From the human T2T-CHM13v2.0 reference genome, Homo sapiens, in the NCBI RefSeq assembly GCF_009914755.1, contig NC_060947.1: DNA of 64,000 nt; one strand, given 5' to 3'. This document shows positions 17,560-38,227 of this stretch, one piece after another. The notes under the pieces are model-generated. The model was not told where the DNA came from. It was given only the letters and a program-made list of their open reading frames with translations, and did no database searches. Numbering within the stretch: the first letter of the stretch is position 1; every line of letters starts with the position of its first letter. The translations under genes were made by a program, and so were the position numbers.

Positions 17560-18180
17560 CTAGCATTGCTCTTTTCCCACTCTTCTAGGTCAATATCATC
17601 AGATACAACTATGCTATTATTTCTATCATCTTAAGAAAAACTTGACTTGATCCCACTTCTTTGTTCAGCTTCACCCCCATTTCTGTCCTTCTCTGAAAAA
17701 CAAAAGTCTTAGAAAGTATTGTCTATATTCTGTTTCTAATTCATTTTAAACCCAAATAAAGCTTGAGCTCCCACCATTCCAATAAAACTGCTCTTGTCAA
17801 AGTCACAAGTAAATAAATTGAATTGAAATAAAATGAATTAAAACCTACTCTTTCTATTCTGAGGCCTCACGTTATTAAAGTTAGCAACGGCATTTCAACA
17901 AGTTGGTCATATTCCCTTCTCTGATAGGCTTTCTTCATGTAGCTTCCAGAATACCACACACTTGGATTTCTTCCCAACACTCTTTCCACTGCTTCTTGGT
18001 TCCCTTTCAAGGTTCCTTGTTATTTCCGAGGCTTCTAAATGGCAGAGCGTTTCTGGCCCTTAAAGAGTCTCTCTACATTCATATATTTGATAGTCTCTTT
18101 GTATCCTGGCCAAAATACCATCTACATGCTGCTGTCTCCAAAATATTATGTTTCCAAACTAGATCCCTTCTCTGAACTTT
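17560..18180 (+). mobile_element. L2 fragment
   Basis: aaactgctcttgtcaaagtcac..., aaataccatctacatgctg L2 motifs. Confidence 0.6.
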
Positions 18181-18246
18181 ATATGTATACCTTTATATTC
18201 TATATATAACAATATTCTTATATATAAATATTCTTATATATTCTTG

Positions 18247-18566
<320 letters not shown>

Positions 18567-19059
18567 TCAATAGACATGAACAGATATTTTTCAGAAGAAG
18601 ACATACAAATGGCCAACAAACATGAAAAAAGGCTCACCACCACTAATCATCAGAGAAATGCAAATTAAAATAACAATGAGTTGCCATCTCACAACAGTCT
18701 GAATGGCTATTACTAAAAAGTCAAAAAACAACAGACCTTGGTGTGGATGTATAGAAAATGGAACACGTACTCTGTTGGCGAGAATGCAAATTTGTACAGC
18801 TTCTTTGGGAAACAGTATGGATATTTCTCAAAGAACTAATAATAGAACTACCATTCAATCTAGCAATCCCACTACTTGGTACCTACCCAAAGGAAAAGAA
18901 ACAGTGATATCAAAAAGATTCCTGCACTCGAATGTTTATCGCAGCCCTATTTGCAACAGCAAAGTCATGGAATCAGCGAGTGCCCATCAATGGATGATTG
19001 GATAAAGCAAATGTGAGAGAGATATATATGTGCGTTATATGTATATATATCTATGTGTG

Positions 19060-19065
<6 letters not shown>

Positions 19066-19117
<52 letters not shown>
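19066..19117. repeat. (TG)26 microsatellite
   Basis: read directly from the sequence. Confidence 0.97.
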
Positions 19118-19121
<4 letters not shown>

Positions 19122-19155
19122 CGGAGCACTACTCAGCTATAAAAAAGAATGAGAT

Positions 19156-19521
<366 letters not shown>

Positions 19522-19849
19522 TCAGAAACAAATAAAATATTGCATGTTCTCACTTATAAGTGGGAGCTAAATAATGTGTACACATAGATATGGAGGGTGG
19601 AATAATAGATATTGGAAACTTGGAAATGTAGGAGGCTTTGAGGGAGATGAGAAACTACGTAATGGGTACAATGTACACTATTAGGGTGATGGTTACATTA
19701 AAAGCCCAGACCTCACCACTATACAATATAGTAAGATAACAATACCACATTAGTACCCCCTAAATATGTACAAATTTTTAAAAGGCCTAGTTAACATCTC
19801 AACTAAAATATCTAATAGTAATAATAACAATAGTAACAACCGATGCTTG

Positions 19850-20207
19850 TGTGGTGCCATTAATGACTGAGTCTTCCTGTTCTCTCAAAATTAATATGTT
19901 GAGATCCTAACCCCTGATGTGATGGTATTAAAAGAGACTTTTCAGATGTAATTAGGTCATGAAGACACACTCATCAATGAGATTTATGCCTTTACATAAA
20001 GATGCAAAACAGTTGCTTTTTCTCTCTCTGCTCTCTGCCATTTGCATATTCAGTGAGAAGTTGACAGTCTGCAACAGGAAAGAGGGCCCTCACCAGAACC
20101 TGACCATGCCAGCACCTTGATCTTGGACCTTCAGCTTCCAGAAATGTGAAATAAAAGTCTATTGTTTATAAACTGCCCAGCCTGTGCTAATTTCTTATAG
20201 TTAAGCT
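19850..20207 (+). mobile_element. MLT1A/MSTD-like MaLR LTR
   Basis: aaattaatatgttgagatcctaacccc..agggccctcaccagaacctgaccatgccagcaccttgatcttggac. Confidence 0.75.
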
Positions 20208-20289
20208 AGGTTCTTCTTATTTGCCAGACTTTATCATAAGCACTTTAAAAAATATATTAATTCAATTCTCACAAAAACCTATGATGTGT

Positions 20290-20788
<499 letters not shown>

Positions 20789-20789
20789 C

Positions 20790-21525
20790 TACCACCTCAC
20801 AAAACCCACATGTGGTTCATCAACAAATCTGACATTTCCACAACCTCCACATTTCCACAACCTCCACTGCTGCCATTTTGATCCCAAAGACCTCAGCTTT
20901 CATCTAGAACACTGCCAATAGTATCCTAACTTTTCCCCTCCCCCTCCTTCCATTTTGCCTCTCCTGCATCAAACTCTCCAGTGGATTTTCATCTCACTCA
21001 CCGTAGAAGTTCCAGTCCTTACAATAGTCTATAAGGTTCTACATGATCTTCCTCTATATATTTCTCATTTCATTTCATCCTACTCTCCTGCTCACTCATT
21101 ATGATCCAGCCATACTAGCCTCCTAGCTATTCCTTAAAAACATCAGGCTTGCTTGTGCTTCACGGTTGTTGCAATCGCTGTTCCTTCCGTATGCCTAAAA
21201 TGCTATCGTTTAGATATCTGCACAGTTCACTTCCTCACTTCCTTCAGGCCTTTACTCAAATGTCGTTTTCCTAGTGAAGTTTCCTTGGCCACCCTATCTA
21301 AACTTAAACTCTGCCCAACCGCTGCACAATCTCTCCTCGTGCTTTTTTTTTTTTAATTTTTCTGTTTCTCATTTATTGCCTATATCCTTCTATTAAAAGG
21401 TAAGTTCTATGAGAGTAAGGATTTCTATCTGTTTTCTTTGCTGCTGTATCCTCCGTGTCTAGAACAGTATTTGGCACATAGCTGGCACTCAATAAATATT
21501 TGTTGAAACAAATAAATGAATGAAA
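20790..21525 (+). mobile_element. L2 3' end
   Basis: gtaagttctatgagag..ctagaacagt..ggcacatag..ctcaataaatatttgttgaa..aatgaatgaa. Confidence 0.8.
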
Positions 21526-21759
21526 TCAAGTAAGTAATTTTTAACAGGGAATCTCAGGTGAGGTAAGGTATCCCTTGGTTGATGGGTATGTATTATCCAA
21601 GGTGTCTTTCTCTTAAACAATCTTCAGATTCCTCTCTCATTTCAGCCATGTGAATCACACTTCTATAGGCCCTCACTGACCTGGAAGTAAATTTATGAAG
21701 TAGATTGCCATCACCAATAGGCCAAATTTGATCTGCATAGAGTTAACTGGCGTAAGTAA

Positions 21760-22078
<319 letters not shown>

Positions 22079-23439
22079 AAGTCTTTTTCTTATAAGGACT
22101 TTCCCAGCAAATATCCTTGTAGCTTCTAGATTGGAAAAACACAGGCCTCAGATACATACCAGTGAGTTTCTTGTACCCTGTGGTAGGTATTCTTTTAAAA
22201 TTCACAGTCAACTAGTGTGAGGACTCTAAGGGGAAAGCTCCTTTCTTTTAAAGTTTTTAAACCTCTGCATTTAAAAAAAAATTAACTTAAGGAAAAATCC
22301 TCGTTCAACTTTAATTGTTAACATGGACTACTGATAAAAAAGGAATGAAAAAATATTCTCTTCTTATCAATCCCTTAATTCTATGAAGAGATTTCCAGCT
22401 GAAACCCTTTCTGGCACCTGAGCTTCATGGGTAGAGGAACTTTAATTGAACTCTAAAAGATGGAGCCTCTGTAGAAAGTATGAATATTTTGGTACACATC
22501 TTCATGAGCCATTTGCTCAACAGTATTTTTCTTAATGGAGACATTCAAATATTACATTTGCTATTAACATCAATGGAATTCAGTTATACCTTTTAAATAA
22601 ATACATGTTATAGAGTACCTAGTTTAACTAGGAATTGGCATGAAAGAAAATCTGTTGCAATTTTAAGACCGGTGTTCCGAGCATTTTATAGAAATATCTG
22701 TATTAAGACACTGCATTGCCCCATTATTTGAGCTGGCACTTTGGTCTTACCTGGAAGACACATAACTGACACAGAGATCATTCTGTGATTATCAGACAGT
22801 GACTGCTGTAAAACAGTAAGTGAGGTATTTTTTTCTCAGCTCCAGCGTTATTAGCCTTAGACAACTCAGATACAGCAGTAACTGCTGATCCAGCTATAAA
22901 GTGTGAAGGGAAATGAAGCCTGTGATCTCTGGGAGAGTCTGATTCTCCCATTTCCTGCCATTAGCAAAAGTAAGTTTTATTAAATACAGAGTTATTTAGT
23001 AAATGGGGACACCAAGTAGGCTTTAAAGTTGCTTCTAAAGTGTGCTTATACTGGTTATTCATTTCAAAGTAAGTTGGAAGAACCGAGGGGAAAATAGTAT
23101 TCCAGAAACTTTTACCTCCATCTACATGACTTTGGATTGACTGGACACATTTTGCATACAAATGGAGATTCCTAATATTCTTACCCCAGAGGATCAAGTC
23201 CAAACCCATATGGTACAGAAGGAATTGTAAGTAGAAAATATAAGATGACATAATTCCAAATATACAAAATGAAAATCAATGTTGATTATATTTGCCTATT
23301 TAACAAGAAAGATAGTAATATTTGAATCTAAAAATCTAGCTATTTACTACTTACAAGAAATTCACTTTAAAAAAAAAAAAGCAACAAACACCAGAAAGGT
23401 TGAAATAATTAAAACGACATAAAAAGATATATGAGGCAA

Positions 23440-23506
23440 GAGATCGTGCCACTGCACTCCAGCCTGGGCGACAGAGTGAGACTTCGTCTCAAAAAAAAAA
23501 AAAAAG
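23440..23506 (+). mobile_element. severely 5'-truncated Alu (about 51 nt plus A-tail)
   Basis: perfect 19-bp TSD AAAAAGATATATGAGGCAA at 23421-23439 and 23507-23525. Confidence 0.93.
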
Positions 23507-23969
23507 AAAAAGATATATGAGGCAAATAATTAAGTTGGTACATCGACAATCAATATTAATATGAAAATAAGTTGAATTCAAAGAAAAAAATACTAAATAT
23601 ATGACGAAGTATACTTCATCATGATAGAAACGATAATCCACCCAGCCCACCTAGCTCGAATTTGTGAAAACTGAACAGCATGACCCAAAAACACATGAAA
23701 CAAAACTTGAAGAAAACACAAAAAGAAACCACTAAGGTAGTTTTAACATGAATTTCTTTTCAAAACTCAACAATTAAAATATCAAATTATAAAAATTATT
23801 TGAACAATGCCATGAATATGCTTGATCTAACGTGTGTGTTCATGCATGTATGTGCATGTGTGTAGAAAAAGAGACGAAAAGGAGAAAATAGAGAGAGACA
23901 TAAGAAGAAAAGTGTTTTTTTTTTTTTCACGCACACAGTGAACATTTACAAAAATTGACTGTGCTCTGG

Positions 23970-24450
<481 letters not shown>

Positions 24451-24489
24451 ATTTGCCAATGTGACTGTTTCACCTCATAAAAAATTTTC

Positions 24490-24805
<316 letters not shown>

Positions 24806-25166
24806 TTAAAGAATTTACATCTTAGGCCTCATTTACACACACACACAATACACACACACACACACACACACAAAGAAAGTAGAAGTCAGAAATTAAAAGA
24901 TGAGTTTACATTTTTAGAAATTAGCAAATTGCTCTCATATTACTCACATATTAGAAAAAGCATCATACTGGAATTTACAAAATATTTTAAACTAAATAAT
25001 AAAAACCCACACATAAAATGTGTGGCTCTTTTCTTTCAATTAGATGTAAAAGGATGGAAGAAGTTTTTTCAAGAGATTAATAAATTTGTTAATCTCCCAA
25101 TAAAACTGAAAACAAAATAAGAGAACATACAAATTCCCAATGTCACGAAACAAAGAGGAACAGCAC

Positions 25167-26067
25167 TAAGAGACAGGACTAGCTGGATTTCCTAGACCGA
25201 CTAAGAGTTCCTAAGCCTAGCTGACGAAGGTGACTGCACTCACCTTTAAACACCGGGCTTGTAACTCAGCTCACACCCGACCAATCAGGTAGTAAAGAGA
25301 GCTCACTAAAGTACCAATTAGGCTAAAAACAGGAGGTAAAGAAATACCAAATCATCTATCGCCTGAGAGCACTGGGGGAGGGACAATGATTGGGATATAA
25401 ACCCCAGGCATTCAAGCCAGGAGTGGGCAACCCCCTTGGGTCCCCTCCGGTTGTATGGGAACTCTGTTTTCACTCTATTAAACCTTGCAACTGCACACTC
25501 TTCTCGTCCATGTTTGTTCCGGCTTTCGCTCACCGTTCACCACCGCCGAAAGCCGTCCGTCCACCAACGCCGAAGGCCGTCCGTCCACCACCGCCGAAGG
25601 CCGTCCGTCCACCACCGCCGAAGGCCGTCCGTCCACCAACGCCGAAGGCCGTCCGTCCACCACCGCCGAAGGCCGTCGTCCACCACCGCCGAAGGCCGTC
25701 CGTCCACCACCGCTCAACACCCTCCGTCCACCACCGCTGAACGCCGCCCTCGCAGACCCGCCATTGACTTCCACTCCTCCAGATCCAGCAGGGTGTCCTC
25801 TGCCCTTCTGATCAGTGAGGCGCCCAAAGGGGCTCGCCATTGTTCCTGTGCAGCTAAGTGCCGGGGTTGGTCCTAATCTACCTGAACGCTGGTCGCTGGT
25901 TTCCACGCTTCTCTTCCATAACCCCGGGCTTCTAACAGAACTGTACGGATCACCGCGTGGCCCAAGGTTCCCTTCCTTGGAATCCGTGAGGCCAAGAACC
26001 CCAGGTCAGAGAGCAAGAGGCTTGCCGCCATCTTGGTAGCTCTGGACGCAAAGACACGCCCATAACA
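25167..26067 (+). mobile_element. HERV-W solo LTR (LTR17) with internal minisatellite expansion
   Basis: T(A)AGAGACAGGACTAGCTGGATTTCCTAG start; ccaatc boxes; gatataaacc TATA at about 25394; attaaa poly(A) signal; ends ...ataaca; 4-bp TSD GCAC at 25163-25166 and 26068-26071. Confidence 0.92.
25533..25746. repeat. GC/CpG-rich 24-bp minisatellite, about 9 copies (CCGTCCACCACCGCCGAAGGCCGT)
   Basis: units start at 25533, 25557, 25581, 25605, 25629, 25653, 25677 (23 bp), 25700, 25724; the last two are degenerate. Confidence 0.97.
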
Positions 26068-26082
26068 GCACTACCGGCCCTA

Positions 26083-26421
<339 letters not shown>

Positions 26422-26895
26422 ATGAGAGCAACTTTATGCCAATAAATTTGAAAATTCAGACTCAATAAAAAAATTACTTGAAAAATACAACTTACAAAAA
26501 CTAATATAAGAATGAATTGAGATATACAAATATACAAACAGCCCAAAATCTGTTAAAAATTGAACTTTTAAAGGTTATATATGTTATATTATGTATATGT
26601 AATTTAACTCCCCTCCACAAAAAGACTCCAATGTTTTCACTAGTGACTTCTGACATATTTAAAGAAATAATACCTAATTTACATAAATTCTTTCAAAAAC
26701 AGGAGAAAGAAATGTTCCTCAACTCATTGTATGAGACTAGCAAATCCCTGATATCAAAATCTATCAAAGATATTATTAGAAAAGAAAACTAAAGATCAAT
26801 ATACCTCATGAATGCAGGCACGAAAATCATTAAAACATTAGCCAACAAAATCAAGTACATAAAATCAAGTAAACAAAAGGGTAATTTATCATGAC

Positions 26896-27422
26896 TGTGC
26901 TAAGTGTCCCCAAGTCCAAAAACCAGCCTTGGTGATTCACTAGAAGGACTTACAGGACTGACTCAGGATATAGACGTTGTATTCATGCCTAAGATGTAAT
27001 AAAATGAAATGATATAAAGCAAAATCAGCAAGGAGAAAAGGTATGGAGGGAACCAGGAATAAGTTTCCAAGTCTTCTCCTGGGAGAGTCACATAGGACGC
27101 ACTTACTTCTTGCAGCAACAAGCTGTAACAAAATGTGTGAAATGTTTTCTACCAGACAATTTCTTTAAAGACTCAGTGTTTATTAGAGGTTGATTATGTG
27201 GTGACTTTCTGCCTAGGGCATACCAAAATTCCAGTCCCCCGAAAGTAAAGTAGGTGTTCAGTATAAACCACATTGTACGGTTTAAGCACAGTAAGCCACT
27301 CTTATCAGTTCGTTTGGGGAGAAGTCTCCCAAAATCCAAGTTACCGGACACCATCCAATGGCCAAACTTGCAAGCAAGCCTTTCTAATATCTAGGCCTAC
27401 AATATTAACATTTTTCTGAACA
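26896..27422 (-). mobile_element. MER21-like LTR
   Basis: ggtgattcactagaaggacttacaggact..aaagcaaaatcagcaagg..ggagagtcacataggacgcactt. Confidence 0.75.
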
Positions 27423-28330
27423 ATGACCAACTGAGTTTTATTCTGAGAATAAAAAGAAAATGTTTTAACAATTAAAGTCCAACCAGTGTATTTCACCATC
27501 TTAACAAAATAATCCAAATAAAGAACATCTGATTGTTTGAATAGATGCAGTAAAACTACTTGGCAAAATTCAACATTCTTGATAATCTAGTTATAGACAG
27601 TAATTTCCTCATTCCAATAAAAATCATCTATAAAAACTTATGGCTAGTATCATACTTATTGTGAAATTGTAAACAGTTTGCATAAGACTTCCAAAGAGGA
27701 AATGGTTTTACAGGCAGTCCTAGACAGAGCAATAAAGCAAGAATATTAAATAAAAGGTCGACATTTTAGTATGAAAAGAGTTAAAACTTTATTAGCAGAC
27801 GACACGGTCAGTTGCACAGAAAATTCCATGTAATATACAAAACAACTAGTAAAATTAAAAAGTTAATCTAGCAAATTTACAGCATACAAAGTTGACGTAA
27901 AAAGACTATTGTTTATGTACCAGCAACCAAAATTGCAAAATAAACTTAAAATACCACTTTCATAATATTCAAAAGCAGAAAATGCTTAGAAATGAATTTA
28001 ATAAGTATCTAAAACTTCCACACTAAAAACTGTAAGACAGCATTGAGAGAAATTAAAGAAGACCTAAATAAAAAGAGACATGTGCTATGTTCATCAATTG
28101 GATTACTTAATATTGTTTACATGCCTGTTCTCTCTAATTTAATTTATACATTCGTCATGATCTCAGTGAAATCACAGCAGAATTTTTTAGTGGAAAACGA
28201 AAAGTTGGGGAGCAAGATGGCAGAATAGACAGTTCTACCAGTCATCCACCTCACAAAGACATCAGGTAAACAATTATCTACACACAAAAAAAGCACATTC
28301 AGAAGAACCAAAAATCAAGTAAGCACTCAC

Positions 28331-29112
<782 letters not shown>

Positions 29113-29394
29113 CAGAATACATGGTTTTAATTTCAAATTGCTGAAAGAGTCACTGAAGAGGTAAGAAAAAGTGCCTGGAATCACCAATGCCACTTCTCCC
29201 TCATCCCTCAGCAGCAGTGGTGTGGTGTGGGGAGCATTTCCGTGTGCAGGAGAGAGGGATAGTGCAGCAATTGTGAAGCACTGTAGCTCCTGCCCTGTAA
29301 TAGCATAACATAAAACCAGACCAAATTCAGCTGATGCCTGCCCACAGAGGGAGCATTTAAACCAGCCCAGCCAGAGGGAAATCACTGATTCTTT

Positions 29395-29943
29395 TGTTAC
29401 CAGAAAGGGGTCCCGATCCAGACTCCAAGAGAGGGTTCTTGGATCTGGTGCAAGAAATAATTCAGGCCGAGTCCATAGAGTACAGTGAAAGCAAGTTGAA
29501 GAAAGTGAAGGAATAAAAGAATGGCTACTCCATAGACAGAGCAGCCCGGAGGGCTCTGGTTGCCCATTTTTACGGTTATTTCATGACTATATGCTAAGCA
29601 AGGGGTGGCTTATTCATACCTCGCCTTTTACACCATATAGGGTAACTTCCTGACGTTGCCATGGCATTTGTATACTGTCATGGCACTGTCGGAAGTGTAG
29701 CAGTGAGGACGACAAGACGTCACTCTATCGACATCTTGGTATTGGCGGGTTTGGTTGGCTTCTTTAAAACTGCAACCTGTTTTATCAGCGAGGCCTTTAT
29801 GACCTGTGTCTTGTGCCGACCTCCTAGCTCATCCTGTGACTTAGAATGCCTACCCATCTGGAAATGCAGCCCAGTAGGTTTCAGCCTCATTTTACCTAGC
29901 TCCTACTCAAGATAGAATTGCTCTGGTTCAAACGCCTCTGACA
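29395..29943 (-). mobile_element. MER41A-type ERV1 solo LTR
   Basis: reverse strand begins TGTCAGAGGCGTTTGAACCAGAGC; lacks the GAS-containing segment of MER41B. Confidence 0.87.
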
Positions 29944-30120
29944 CCAGTGGTCTAAACATGAGTTCCTGCAAGCCTCATCACTGCGGGACAAAGTGCCCTG
30001 GGGCTCTAAGTAAATTTGAATGGTAGTTTAGACCACAAGGACTGCAACTTTTCCGTGAAACCTAGTGCTGAACTGGGCCCAGAACCAGTGGACGTGACCC
30101 ACCCAGCAAACAGCTGGAGC

Positions 30121-30437
<317 letters not shown>

Positions 30438-30752
30438 TTCAGCTACAGTTTCTAAGGAAGTGCTGGCATCACTGCTCCCCTAACCCCAAGCTGCACAGCT
30501 CATGGTTCTAAAATACACCCCTTCCTTCCACTAAAGGGGAGGAGAGGAAATAGTTGGGAGGACTTTGTTTTGCATCTTGGAAACCAGCTCAGCCATAGCC
30601 GGATAGGGCACCAGTCAGAATCATGAGACTCCCTTTCCAGGCACTAGCTCCTAGATGATATTTCTAGATGCACCCTGGGCCAGAAGGGAACCTGCTGGCT
30701 TGAAGGAAAGAATGCAGTCCTGGCAGCATTCATCACCTGCTAACTGATGAGC

Positions 30753-31864
<1,112 letters not shown>

Positions 31865-32109
31865 TCAATTATATTTAAATCTATACTTCTTTGGGGCAGC
31901 TCTTTCTTCTACCTTGGGTTGGTACATTAAAATGTTTCTTAGATTTTGCTAATATCGAACTTGGCTATCTTAAGTTTCCTCTGCTATATTTGGGTTATTT
32001 CAGAGTGGAGAAGGTAGAAATGCCCATTACTCTCCCATTTTCAAGCATCAAGTCCCTTTAAAAAATGTATTTAATGACATAAACCTAATTAGACATTCTG
32101 GTTCTTTTA

Positions 32110-32640
32110 AAACAAAATGAGGAACCATTTTAAGAAGTATACAGTTTGGTGGTGTTATCGTATTCAGAGTTGCGCAGCTCACAACACTAATTCCCAAATA
32201 TTTTAATCACTCTAAAAAGAAACTCCAGACTCATCAGGAGACACTCGTTATTCTTCACCTTAGCTCCTGGCAACCACTAATTCATTTTGTGGCTCTGTGG
32301 ATTTGCCTGTCGGAATATTTCATATCAATGGAATCAGACGATTCATACAATTTGTGGCCTTATGTGTCGGGGGGCTGTTTTCATTTAGCGTGATGTTCTT
32401 GAAGTTCCTCCATGTTGTAGCAAAATTAATACAATTAATTGTATTAATTAATTGAATTGTATGAATACGATTAATTTTTTTATTGTGTTAAGAACACTCA
32501 ACATGAGATCTACCATCTTAACAAATATTAAAGTGCACAGTACAATATTATTAACTGTAGGCACCATGCTGTAAGCAGAGGTTTAGAACTTACTCACTTT
32601 GCCTAACTGAAACATTATACCCATTGAACAGCAACTTCCA
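32110..32640 (-). mobile_element. two L1M 3'-end fragments
   Basis: cctggcaaccactaa..tggatttgcct; attgtgttaagaacactcaacatgagatctacc. Confidence 0.7.
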
Positions 32641-32644
32641 TTCA

Positions 32645-32950
32645 TCTGGTGCTCAGCTGCAGCTTACAAATGTTGCAGAATTAATGTCCCGAGCACCCAA
32701 CTTCCAAGGATGGTGGGAGGGAGTAAGAAGGTAATTGCCCCAGCCACCTTATCTTTCAGAGGGACAATTCTGAGGTATGCCCTACACAATTCCTTTAAAG
32801 ATTCCCAGTGAGACTCAGTCTCAGTCGCCCACACCAACAACAAGCTCAGTAATGCACCCTCCATTCACTTTTCTTCTCTGTCTTACTCTCCCTGCTCCCA
32901 TACTCGGAAGACTAATGACCACCTCTCGAACTTCCTGCACCCGTTCTTGC
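32645..32950 (+). mobile_element. LTR16A-like ERVL LTR fragment
   Basis: gggacaattctgaggtatg..cagtcgcccaca..agctcagtaatgcaccct. Confidence 0.5.
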
Positions 32951-33275
32951 ACTCATTCTTAGAATGAAAAGAAAAGGACAAATACTCTGCGTTGTAAATA
33001 TCCCTAGAGCAGCCAATGTCTTTATTGACATAGGGGAAAATGAAGCTTCAAAAGAAAAAAAAAATACACTCATACACACATCAACACACATACACATACA
33101 TGCACACACGTGCAAAATTCTGAATATTAAGGAAAATTCCTACCATCCCCAAACTCTTCCCATGCACTTTCCGTAGATAGATAGATGGGAATTATTTGGC
33201 CCAGAAAAGCCTTTTTTCAATCAAAAAGGTGCTCAAAACAGGGCAGGCACAAATAAATAAAAAGTACCCTATGAG

Positions 33276-33653
<378 letters not shown>

Positions 33654-33712
33654 TTAAAAATTTCACCAATGTCCACGTTCTATAACGGAAGCCAAGGTTA
33701 TTTGGACCAACC

Positions 33713-34069
33713 TGTATTAGTTCATTGTCACGCTGCTGATAAAGACATACCCGAAACTGGGAAGAAAAGGAGGTTTAATTGGACTTACAGTTCCACATGG
33801 CTGGGGAGGCCTCAGATTCATGGCGTAGGACCAAAGGCTCTTCTTACGTGGCGGTGCCAAGAGGGAATGAGGAAGAAGCAAAAGCGGAAACCCCTGATAA
33901 ACCCAGCAGATCTCCTGAGACTTATGCAGTATCACAAGAATAGCACGAGAAAGACCAGCCCCCATGATTCAATTACCTCCCCCTGGGTCCCCCTCCCACA
34001 ACATGGTAGGAATTCTGGGAGATACAATTGAAGTTGAGATTTGAATGGAGACACAGCCAAACCATATCA
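33713..34069 (-). mobile_element. THE1C-like solo LTR
   Basis: tgtattag...gacacagccaaaccatatca termini. Confidence 0.9.
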
Positions 34070-34599
34070 CCTCCCAAACAATTGAAAATTCTGAATGGAA
34101 GAAACATTAATTGTATCCAAAACTGATGGGCCAGGAAGGAACTATCAGCCTCCTATCTCTAGACAGACAGTAGTCAAGGCCCAGGGCGTACTTATGAAAA
34201 GAGTTTAATAGCCGACTCTCTCCAGATGGATCTGGGATTCCACAGGACTGTATCTTCATGTTAAGGGTGAAACAGAAGGAAACCCGTCCCTATTTCCAAA
34301 CTCAAGGAACTTTCGCAGAAGTTGTCTTGGAGCTCAGCAGAACAAGGAGGAAAACAGAAAAAAATTTGTGTCCGTGAGAAGTCATGACACAGGCTGGCTA
34401 TCACAGATTGTCAAGCCATCTCCGTATTGCTTGGGTATTACGGAAAATCTCAAAACATAAATTTGTGTGTGTGTTGTCCCAGAGTAGCAGGATCTGGCAG
34501 AAACAAATTTCAACCCAACCCTCAAAGAATCCACATGAATCTTTTTACATTTGGGATTTTACCATTTGTTTTATGAATGAGAATGGACTTTAGTTTTAA

Positions 34600-36450
<1,851 letters not shown>

Positions 36451-36829
36451 TTATCTTGGAGAAGAAGATAGCGCCACACTGATTCTATCTGTGTCAAACT
36501 ATCACAGCTCAAGATTTTCATATTTTATTAAGGAGAATTGTATTTCTTGGCATTCACATTGTTACCTAAAGAAGGGCAATGACTGGTTAAACACTGAAAT
36601 GTATGAGTAATAGTTAGAAGATGCAAGCACTGTATCCTCCAGAACTTTAGCATATGAAAACCTTTAAATTCCAGGCAAGTTGATTTAAGCTTCAACATTC
36701 TCCCAGCTAAAATGAATCTATTTGTGCTACGTTCTGAGATCAAAGGTGAATAAGACATTGTTTCTGCCTTCGGTGATATCTCAGTCCAAAGGGAGACAAG
36801 TAAATATGATATAAAAAGAGAGATATCTA

Positions 36830-37145
<316 letters not shown>

Positions 37146-37604
37146 CTATAAAAACTGAGAAGAGGGACAGAATATCTGTGACAGATAACTTGGTTGGGGC
37201 AGTTGGAAACAAGGAGGTCTCAGTGTATGCTTTCACTGTGTCACATTTGATTATAGGCAGAAACAAATGAATCTTAACATTTAAGGGTCACAGACCCTTT
37301 TAAGGATGTAATGAAATTTATAATGATTCTTTCAATAAAAAATTATATAACAAACATACACATATATTTTGCTTACTAACTCAGAATGTGCATCATCAAG
37401 AACTCTGGGTATAGGAGAATGAGTAGCAATGTTTCAGGCAGACAAGAAGGGAAGGGGAGTCCACACAGAGGAAACAGCATGTGCAGGAGCCTGGAGACAC
37501 AAAAGCTTGTGCATTATTGGAATCAAGGTGACTATAACATAATTCAGGGTGATTGGAGCATAAACTGGAAGATTAACCAGTCATGGTATAAGATGAAAAT
37601 AGAA

Positions 37605-38227
<623 letters not shown>

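Noticed and set aside
25533-25746. Regular repeat array resembling CRISPR
   Set aside because: Head-to-tail tandem units with no unique spacers, no cas genes, and human context
25390-25906. Overlapping 108-146 aa repetitive ORFs (PPPPKAVR / RRPSVHH / STTAEGRP)
   Set aside because: A stop-free 24-bp repeat opens many frames on both strands; there is no sign of a real gene
29395-29943. MER41 interferon-inducible (STAT1) enhancer
   Set aside because: Minus strand reads aaaaggcgagg-tatgaataa, lacking the tandem GAS segment of MER41B, so it is MER41A-type
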